A stretch of DNA of 64,000 bases from positions 5,660 to 69,659 of the forward strand of contig PMJQ01000099.1 in NCBI GenBank assembly GCA_003157485.1, given 5' to 3'. A program made the translations under genes and the position numbers. The stretch is from Ignavibacteriota bacterium (GTDB taxonomy: Bacteria; Bacteroidota; Ignavibacteria; UBA10030; UBA6906). The notes below the pieces were generated by a model that made no database searches, was not told the origin of the DNA, and saw only the letters and a program-made list of their open reading frames with translations. Below are positions 57,052 through 64,000 of the stretch, in pieces (position 1 is the stretch's first letter; each line of letters begins with the position of its first letter).

Positions 57052-59595
57052 TCACGCGGTGGCGCTTCCCCCTGCCGGCCTGTCCGTACCGGAAGGAGAC
57101 GCACGTCGTTTCAGCGTCTGTCGCCGCCAGAACCCCGCCGCCGCGCAGATCAGAACAACGCCCCATGCAGCGTGCGTCAGCACCCAGCCGGCGCGGTACA
57201 TCGGCGGATCGAACGTAAAGACCAGCTCGTGCGTTCCTCCGGGGACGAGAACCGAGCGGAGGATATAGTCCGTCCGGAAAATCTCCGTCTCCGTTCCGTC
57301 GATGAACGCCTTCCAGCCGGAGGGGTAGTACACTTCGCTCAGCACAAGGAGAGCGGGTGCAGGAACGTCCGTGGCGATCCGGATTTCACGGGATTTGTAC
57401 GAGGTGATGCGGGGGGCGTGGGTGCTGTCTGCCGGAACGATCTCCCCGGGGAGTCGTTTATACAGAACGGCCGTGCGCGCCGGATCGAATCCCCGGGAAT
57501 TCAGGATGCGAAACACTTCGTCATCGTCCGCCGCCATCACCGACTCCGCTGCGTAAAATGCGCGGGGCAGTGCGGCGGGATTCCTGTACGTGAGAACCCG
57601 TTCGGCCTGGTCCACGTTCACGAGCTGGAACTGCGGCTCCGGGAGCCTTCCGTGGACGACAAGAAACTGCACGTTGAGCATATCCACGACATTCATGTTA
57701 ACGGGAAACGACGGATCGGTCCCCCTGTACATGCAGGAATCCAATAGCGTCTGGTAGATCTTGAGTTTTGCGGGGCTGTACCCCGTAATCGACTGAAGGC
57801 CGTGGTAGGCGAACGCATTGTCCATGTACAACGGATCGCGCGGATCGATCCCCGCAAAGAGACGGAACAGCCCCGGCTGGCTCTTGAGAAACGTCGTCGT
57901 GGGGTCGGGCCGGAATGCCTGCGCGAGTTCCTGGGAAGGCTTCGGGTCGATAAACCGCGACGCGACAAGGGACAGATCGATTGTTACGAGGACGAGGAGT
58001 GCCGCGGAAAACGTCAGCTCGCGAAGGCGGCCTTTCAGCCAGGCGCAGCAGAGCGCGCAGAGGGCGGCGGCGAGGAGTGAGAACTTCACGTAGTCCTTCC
58101 AGAAAATGTCAAAACGCGCCTGCCGGAGTTGTGCGATCACGCGGCCCGCGCGCGCGCCGTACTGCTGCTGGATCTGCTCGGCCTGATCCTGCTTCGTGAA
58201 CATCGATGCGGGAAGACTCTCGAGAAGACTATTCTGGAACAGAAGTGCGACAACGAGGAGCCCCGCGATGACCCCGCCCGCGGCAAGGAGGACGCGGTAG
58301 AGCTTCTGCGCATCGACGCCCGATTCCCGTTCGCGTGTAGCAAGAAGGGCGGAGAACCCCGTCGCGCCCAGAACGCCCGTGGCAAACGGGAGAAGGTGAA
58401 GAATCTGCTCCGGCGCGCGGAACTTGTTGAAAAAGGGAAGCCACGTGAACAGCAGTTGATACAGAAGCGAAAAATTGCTGCCGAAGGAAACCAGGATAAT
58501 CAGGATTGTAACAACGCCGAAAAACATGACGAAGCGCGTCCTGCGGTACACAAACGCAAGTGTCCCGAACAGGATCGGGAAGAGCCCCACATACACACTG
58601 GAATTCGTCCAGGGGATCATCGGCCCCCAGTAGAAATCCGATTTCATCCCGAAGAAGCCGGGGATCAGCAGCGTGATGAGTTCTCCCGGGTGCCATGACC
58701 AGTTTGTCGCGTAATCGTAGGCAAGCCCCCCCGGCGCTCCCGCCGTCCCCCCCCCGCGCATGGAGAACTGCGCATAGTCATACACCGACAGATAGATGTA
58801 GGAGGAAATGCAGAATCCCAGGAGAATTGCGCCGGCGAACAGCGCCACCTTGAAGGCGGCCTTCGGAATGTTCCCTTTGAAATCCGGCAGGATATGATAG
58901 ACAAGGTAGAGCCCGAGAAACATGAAGGCGTAATACACGATCTGCATGTGGTTCGTGAGCATCAGCGTCCCGATGGCCGCCGCCAAGAGTCCCAGGCTCA
59001 GCGCGTCGCGCCGTTCCAGAAGGGAGTGCGTGAGAAGAACGACGAGGGGAAAATAACTGAGTGCCATAAGCTTCGAACCGTGCCCTTCGCCGGCAAGTCC
59101 CACCATGTAAGGGCTGAGCATAAACGTCAGCGCGGCAAGCAGCGCTGCGGGACGGGAAAAATTCCAGACCCTCATAAGGAAGAACATGAACACGCCGCCC
59201 ATGAAACAGTAGACGACAAGCCAGGTCCATGTACCGTTCAGATAGAGAAGGTTGAGAACGGTCTGGAGAACGGTCTGCACATAGCTCACGTTGTGCGGGA
59301 GATAGGCGACATTGCCGAACGTCGGCATGCCGCTGAAAAAATACGGCATCCAGACAGCGTCAACCCCTTCCGCTTTCTCGATCTCGTTTCCGGCGTGTGT
59401 GTAACTGAAGGCCGCGGCAGTGTCGCCCTGGGAGGCAAACGCGGCGTTGTCGAAGATGATCCCGCGGAAGACAATCAGCGTCACCGCGTACAGCAGAGCG
59501 ACGCTGAGGAGGTCAAGCGTCAGCGGGGAAAGCGATGAAAACGGAGAGGCCGGTTTCTCCGAGGCCCTGCGGTGGTCTTTCCTGGCGTGTGCCAT
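57052..59595 (-). CDS. YfhO-family polytopic membrane glycosyltransferase-like protein
   Basis: 847 aa with about 13 N-terminal TM helices and a large C-terminal extracytoplasmic domain. The N-terminal third matches the YfhO pattern. Confidence 0.75.
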   Translation of the reverse strand: MAHARKDHRRASEKPASPFSSLSPLTLDLLSVALLYAVTLIVFRGIIFDNAAFASQGDTAAAFSYTHAGNEIEKAEGVDAVWMPYFFSGMPTFGNVAYLPHNVSYVQTVLQTVLNLLYLNGTWTWLVVYCFMGGVFMFFLMRVWNFSRPAALLAALTFMLSPYMVGLAGEGHGSKLMALSYFPLVVLLTHSLLERRDALSLGLLAAAIGTLMLTNHMQIVYYAFMFLGLYLVYHILPDFKGNIPKAAFKVALFAGAILLGFCISSYIYLSVYDYAQFSMRGGGTAGAPGGLAYDYATNWSWHPGELITLLIPGFFGMKSDFYWGPMIPWTNSSVYVGLFPILFGTLAFVYRRTRFVMFFGVVTILIILVSFGSNFSLLYQLLFTWLPFFNKFRAPEQILHLLPFATGVLGATGFSALLATRERESGVDAQKLYRVLLAAGGVIAGLLVVALLFQNSLLESLPASMFTKQDQAEQIQQQYGARAGRVIAQLRQARFDIFWKDYVKFSLLAAALCALCCAWLKGRLRELTFSAALLVLVTIDLSLVASRFIDPKPSQELAQAFRPDPTTTFLKSQPGLFRLFAGIDPRDPLYMDNAFAYHGLQSITGYSPAKLKIYQTLLDSCMYRGTDPSFPVNMNVVDMLNVQFLVVHGRLPEPQFQLVNVDQAERVLTYRNPAALPRAFYAAESVMAADDDEVFRILNSRGFDPARTAVLYKRLPGEIVPADSTHAPRITSYKSREIRIATDVPAPALLVLSEVYYPSGWKAFIDGTETEIFRTDYILRSVLVPGGTHELVFTFDPPMYRAGWVLTHAAWGVVLICAAAGFWRRQTLKRRASPSGTDRPAGGSATA

Positions 59596-59598
59596 GTG

Positions 59599-60735
59599 TT
59601 ACGATCCTTCCAGTTGGAGAAGTGCTGAACACTCACGGGCGCGGACGTCCCAGTCATTCTCTGCCGCAAACGCGGTCAGTGTGCGGATGAACGTGCTGTC
59701 CCCTCTCCTGCGTACTGCAGTGCGGATATGACCCGCGAATTCGCGATCCGTCCCGGCGATGAGAACAATGCCGCCGAATTCCCTGGTGTCGTCTGAAAAA
59801 TCGGTGGCCACCGTCGGCACTCCGGCGGCGCTGTACTCGTAGAGCTTGACGGGATTCACCCCTTCCGTCAGAAGCGTCCGTTTGAACGGGATCATCGCGG
59901 CGTCGAGATTCCTCATATACGCCGGCACGTCGGCGTAGGGCCTCTGCCCCAGAAACAGGAAATTCGGGTGCTTGGCGAGACGGGCCATCTCGTGTGTCAC
60001 GGCGGGATGGAGCGGTCCGACCATGACGAACCTGAAATCCGCCATCGCGCCGATCGTCGTGTCGAGAAGGTCGAAATCAATCCACGGATAGATCGAGCCC
60101 ACATACCCCACGACCGGCGGTCCCGCCGGGGGAAGGTCTGGCGGTCTGGCGGCTTCAGCCGCAAACCGCTCAAACTCCACGCCGTTGCGGACGACGTGAA
60201 CCTCCCGCACGCGGGCTTCCAGCACCCGCCTGCGAAGCGTCGGCGACGTCACGCTGACCGCGTCGGCACGGTCAAGCGCCCGGAGCCACTCATCGTGAAC
60301 GTGAGGAGGAAATGCAGTGAAGCCGAACGCATCATCAATGTAATCAAACAGCACCCGCTTCGTGCTGACGGCATCGGCGACGTGCATGAGTTGGAAGTTT
60401 TCGACGAGACAGACCGTCTCGCCTCCGGCCCGCCGGACCGCCCGGCGGACGAGTGCGCGTTGCAGCGCGGACACGAGGAACCGGAGCGCGCGCGAGCGGC
60501 TGAGAAACACTGCGGCACGACGGATCCGGACGTTGCGCGCATTGAGGGGGAATGCCGGGACCGTCATGCGGCGGAGGCGGGGCCCCACCGGCTTCGGCGA
60601 GAACATGACACGCCGTCCCAGTGTCACCGGCTCGACCCACAGGACGTCCATCGTTCGCGACATTCTCGTCGCAAGGTGCTGTGGGCGCTGGTAAAGGCTG
60701 TCCCACGCAATATCGGAAAAAAAAATCAGAGTCAC
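59599..60735 (-). CDS. GT4-family (GT-B) glycosyltransferase
   Basis: C-terminal EX7E-type motif (NPVKLYEYSAAGVPTVATD) and TuaH/WcaL-like architecture. Confidence 0.78.
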   Translation of the reverse strand: MTLIFFSDIAWDSLYQRPQHLATRMSRTMDVLWVEPVTLGRRVMFSPKPVGPRLRRMTVPAFPLNARNVRIRRAAVFLSRSRALRFLVSALQRALVRRAVRRAGGETVCLVENFQLMHVADAVSTKRVLFDYIDDAFGFTAFPPHVHDEWLRALDRADAVSVTSPTLRRRVLEARVREVHVVRNGVEFERFAAEAARPPDLPPAGPPVVGYVGSIYPWIDFDLLDTTIGAMADFRFVMVGPLHPAVTHEMARLAKHPNFLFLGQRPYADVPAYMRNLDAAMIPFKRTLLTEGVNPVKLYEYSAAGVPTVATDFSDDTREFGGIVLIAGTDREFAGHIRTAVRRRGDSTFIRTLTAFAAENDWDVRARECSALLQLEGS

Positions 60736-61916
60736 AGCGATCTTCTGACCTCTTCGACAATCGTACGAAGGTGCGGACTGATGGCGGCGGGCTCGAACAT
60801 ATGCCGCATCATCAGGATATTTCTGCGCTGGCGTGCGTAACGAGAGAGCGGGAATTCGTTCATCACGGAACGGATACAGTCACAGACATCCTGATAGGTA
60901 TCGCACAGGTAACCGATATCGCCCATCCTGGCAAAACACTCTTCAAGGTACGGATTGCGGAGATAAATTCCGGGTTTCACGCTTGAAATCGCGTCGAGGA
61001 AGCTTGTGCTCGCTCCGACGCGGTAGACATTCGGGTCGGTGAGGGAGACCGCATACGTCACCTCTTCTGCGCGCCGGGCGTACTCGGCCTGTGTGAGCGG
61101 GGCGACCGGGAAATCCTCCTGCATCCGAGCATAGCGCCTCCGGTCGGCCTCTGTGCTGAGGTGTCCGACCATCATGAACCGGGATTCAGGGAATTCTTCA
61201 CGGATCTGGGTGGCGAGCGCCACGAATCTGTCAAATCCCTTCCCTCTCCCCCCGCTGACCCCGAAATAGCCGAACCGCACCGGCGAAGGCGCCACCTGCG
61301 TTTCCGGCAGTTCGTGCACCGTCCAGGAAAACGGTATCTCGAATGCCACAGTGCTGTGCGCCGCCCCCGGCTGAAATTCTCTCAGGGAGCGGAGTATAGA
61401 CTCCCCCAGCGCGACATATCTGAGCCGGCGGGGCTGTGGGAGGCGAAACACAAGCCGCATTCCCCGAAGTGATGAAAACCGTTTCCGTGGCGCGCCGGGG
61501 ATGACGGTCGCCAGGACCCCATGCATCACTGCAAACACAGGCACGGGGTGCCTGCTCCCTGCAAGCTGGATCTTCAGTATGAAGAAACCGATCTCTGTTG
61601 CGGACGAAAACAGGACAAGAGATGCGTGCTCCTGCGAGGCAACACGAAGCGTTGACCGGACTGCCTTCCATTCGGCTCCGAACCTGCCGGGACCGGAAGA
61701 CTGGCGGGGAGGTATGGAGAGTTCCCGCCACTCCACGCGGCTGAAATCCTCCGGAGCCTGTTCTTCGAGAAGTTCCCGGACGCGTGCTGCATGTCCCGGT
61801 TCGCCGAGAAAAATCACCGACGATTCCCGGAAGGCGAGGAGCACGGTGTGCACAAGCGAAGCATTCACGCGGGAATGCTCGAAATCCCGGCACTGGGGCT
61901 CACTGATGATTATCAC
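60732..61916 (-). CDS. Hypothetical protein, possible divergent GT-B glycosyltransferase
   Basis: 394 aa. The second half resembles a GT-B C-terminal Rossmann start (VRFGYFGVSGGRGKGFDRFVALATQIREEFPESRFMMVGH), but no clear EX7E motif was seen. Confidence 0.4.
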   Translation of the reverse strand: MIIISEPQCRDFEHSRVNASLVHTVLLAFRESSVIFLGEPGHAARVRELLEEQAPEDFSRVEWRELSIPPRQSSGPGRFGAEWKAVRSTLRVASQEHASLVLFSSATEIGFFILKIQLAGSRHPVPVFAVMHGVLATVIPGAPRKRFSSLRGMRLVFRLPQPRRLRYVALGESILRSLREFQPGAAHSTVAFEIPFSWTVHELPETQVAPSPVRFGYFGVSGGRGKGFDRFVALATQIREEFPESRFMMVGHLSTEADRRRYARMQEDFPVAPLTQAEYARRAEEVTYAVSLTDPNVYRVGASTSFLDAISSVKPGIYLRNPYLEECFARMGDIGYLCDTYQDVCDCIRSVMNEFPLSRYARQRRNILMMRHMFEPAAISPHLRTIVEEVRRSL

Positions 61917-61934
61917 GGCAGGTCCCGGTTCATG

Positions 61935-63035
61935 TCACATGATGTCCGCGCTGCAATCCCGGAGGGCCTGCACAAACGCATCGGCGGCTCTTCCCCATGA
62001 AAAAGCGGCGGCACGAATCCTTCCCCGGGTACTAAGACGCTGCCGCAAATCGGCATTCTGTTCGACCCGCTGAAGCGCTTCAGCAAGGCCCTGATCGCTC
62101 CAGGGATCGACGTACAATGCTGCATCGCCGCACACCTCCGGAATCGAAGTCATTCGCGAAGTAATGACCGGGCATCCAATCGTCATCGCTTCGAGGGGAG
62201 GCATGCCGAATCCTTCATACTGCGATGGGTAGACAAGGGCAAGGGCACCCGCGTACAGGCGGGCGAGCGCGCGGTCATCCACGTATCCTGCAAGTTCGAC
62301 GCACCCCCGGTGCAGGCCTTCATCAAGCAGCGACAGGAGGGCGGGAGGTGCATGACGCCTGCTCCCGGTCACGACGAGTGTTGAAGTCAGCGCCCCGCCC
62401 GCTGTCAGGGCGTAAAACACGCGCAGGAGGCTGTCGACGGACTTCCGGGGATCCAGGCCACCCACGTAGAGAAAGTACTTTTTCCCGGCGGGTACGCCTG
62501 TCTCCGCGAAATCAGCGATCGACGTCGCGCACGGGATCACGACCGGCTCCCGTCGAACGCGGAGATGTCTCATGATCTCCTGCTTCGAAAACTCCGAGTC
62601 CGTGACGACGAGAGTACTCCGGTCAATATCTGATTGCCGCTGCCGCCTGTAATGCTCCTTCGCCTTGCCGCTGGCAAAATACCCGGAGATTGTCAGCGGC
62701 AGCACGTCGTGCAGCGTCGTGACAACGCGTACGCCGGGACGCAGCTTCGGCACGCCGCCGTTCCACGGGAAGTGGATGACGTCGTTCCCCGGGCGGTGCG
62801 CGGCGATCGGAACTGCCAGCCGCCGCCAGAGCCCCGGGGTCAGGTACCGCCCGATCCATTCATCCTTGACTCCGGCCGGCAGGGTTGAGGCCAGCTGTCG
62901 CCTGTGAATCCCGTGGAGGAGTATGTCGGGAAATCGTTCGGCGATGGCGCCGTACAGGCCCGACACAACCTTGGCGACTCCGGTGGCCGGAAGTTCCAGC
63001 ACGCTCAGGTCAATAGTGATTCTCACAATCCTCAC
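61935..63035 (-). CDS. GT4-family glycosyltransferase
   Basis: EGFGMPPLEAM motif and GT-B two-domain layout. Confidence 0.85.
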   Translation of the reverse strand: MRIVRITIDLSVLELPATGVAKVVSGLYGAIAERFPDILLHGIHRRQLASTLPAGVKDEWIGRYLTPGLWRRLAVPIAAHRPGNDVIHFPWNGGVPKLRPGVRVVTTLHDVLPLTISGYFASGKAKEHYRRQRQSDIDRSTLVVTDSEFSKQEIMRHLRVRREPVVIPCATSIADFAETGVPAGKKYFLYVGGLDPRKSVDSLLRVFYALTAGGALTSTLVVTGSRRHAPPALLSLLDEGLHRGCVELAGYVDDRALARLYAGALALVYPSQYEGFGMPPLEAMTIGCPVITSRMTSIPEVCGDAALYVDPWSDQGLAEALQRVEQNADLRQRLSTRGRIRAAAFSWGRAADAFVQALRDCSADIM

Positions 63036-63085
63036 TTCTGGTGGCCCGTTTGGGGTCCGGGGGAGGTCCCCGGAGCACCCGGGTG

Positions 63086-63904
63086 TTATGGGCGCTCACC
63101 TGCGATACGTTCGACGACAGGTTTGTGGACAAGCACAGTCGCGAGTCCCGACGCCCCCGCATTACGGTTGTCGTAGTACCCCGTTGCCGCGAGCCGGGAT
63201 GCCTCAACCTGCATCCAGCCGGCCGTCCGGTCATAACGGAAATAGTGTTCGTACACATGCGCGTACCCTCTGAACGGGTCGAGAAGACGATGCCATGCCG
63301 ACAGATCATAGTTCTTCATCCAGCCATGATTTTCGGATTTGCCGAACGGCACCGTGATCAGAAGAGTTCCATCGGCTGCAAGGACCCTGTACATCTCCCG
63401 CAGGGCACTCGCGTCAAGGTCTCCATCAAGAGTAAAGTTTCCGGTGTATCCGGTGTTGTCCATACCGACGTGCTCCAGAGTCGAAATACACCAGATTCTG
63501 TCGAACGAATCCGCTGCGAGTCCGGTATTCGTGATATCTGCGATTATCGATCGCTCGTAGTACGGGCTCACATCATACGTCGGTGCCGCAATATCAACGC
63601 CGGTAAAATGCTTCGGGGGGGTGAGGCTGTTCAGGAGAAGGCGGTGGCATTCCATGATATTGGAGTGCCCGACGTCAAGCACGCGGGCGCCGGGGACGTA
63701 CGTTGATCTGGCGAGAACAAGTTCAACGACGCGTTCCGGGAGTCCCACCCCGAACGCAGGAGGAAGATGAATTTCCCTCGGGAAGGCCGGTTGTTCCAGC
63801 CGGAAGCCCCTGGCCGCCTCCCGGAATATCATGCGTTGCAGCCGGTGTGCCGGATCGCCGAGAAGGAACGTTGACAGCGCGCGGACGAAGGGAATGCGGG
63901 CCAT
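63086..63904 (-). CDS. Class I SAM-dependent methyltransferase
   Basis: Rossmann motif I (RVLDVGHSN) plus downstream acidic and aromatic motifs; 272 aa. Confidence 0.7.
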   Translation of the reverse strand: MARIPFVRALSTFLLGDPAHRLQRMIFREAARGFRLEQPAFPREIHLPPAFGVGLPERVVELVLARSTYVPGARVLDVGHSNIMECHRLLLNSLTPPKHFTGVDIAAPTYDVSPYYERSIIADITNTGLAADSFDRIWCISTLEHVGMDNTGYTGNFTLDGDLDASALREMYRVLAADGTLLITVPFGKSENHGWMKNYDLSAWHRLLDPFRGYAHVYEHYFRYDRTAGWMQVEASRLAATGYYDNRNAGASGLATVLVHKPVVERIAGERP

Positions 63905-63908
63905 AGAC

Positions 63909-64000
63909 TCAGGGTTGGAATGTGTGAATACGTTTCATGATCAGTGACCCCGCGATCGACACGCCGATGATCTCATTCGCAATGAGCGCGAGTGCCGATG
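63909..64000 (-). CDS. 3' end of an unidentified minus-strand gene (hydrophobic C-terminus), truncated by the window end
   Basis: Hand translation gives ...SALALIANEIIGVSIAGSLIMKRIHTFQP with the stop at 63911-63909. It lies 5 nt upstream of the methyltransferase start. Confidence 0.3.
   Translation of the reverse strand, partial: SALALIANEIIGVSIAGSLIMKRIHTFQP

Overview
High-GC (~60%) bacterial chromosomal segment centred on the replication-origin neighbourhood. The minus strand carries yidC<-yidD<-rnpA<-rpmH and diverges from dnaA->dnaN->recF->DUF721(dciA-like)->gyrB->gyrA on the plus strand. The rpmH-dnaA spacer holds a cluster of a repeated DnaA-box-like 9-mer, TGTTGATAA. The dnaA-dnaN spacer is strikingly AT-rich and is a candidate unwinding element. 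Downstream lie (i) a minus-strand operon coupling three SurA/PpiD-family periplasmic chaperones to a MoxR AAA+ ATPase and a VWA/BatA-like membrane protein, (ii) a compact yicC-gmk-rpoZ-coaBC-udg-dnaB block, and (iii) a LytS/LytTR two-component pair with two LiaF-like membrane proteins. Further along is (iv) a translationally coupled miaB-SPOR-sigma54 activator-LptE-like block followed by a processive GT2/TPR pair, then (v) ETF alpha/beta, pdxJ and a YbbR-like protein. The most unusual feature is (vi) an orphan pair of BMC-H (PduA/EutM-type) microcompartment shell genes with their own near-consensus sigma70-like promoter and intrinsic terminator. One of them carries a C-terminal Rho_N/SAP-like extension, and the pair sits inside a YfhO/GT4/methyltransferase envelope-glycan cluster with no BMC-P vertex or enzyme genes nearby. 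A secreted beta-propeller protein with a T9SS (Por_Secre_tail) C-terminal domain, together with SPOR, LptE-like, TonB-like and SurA genes, indicates a Gram-negative organism of a T9SS-bearing lineage (FCB-group-like); the exact taxon cannot be determined from sequence alone. No rRNA, CRISPR, transposase or integrase was recognised. Many long antisense ORFs in the track are artefacts of GC-rich coding DNA. All functional calls are from motif and architecture recognition by eye, with no database search run. Starts were revised by hand where the track's first Met was implausible.
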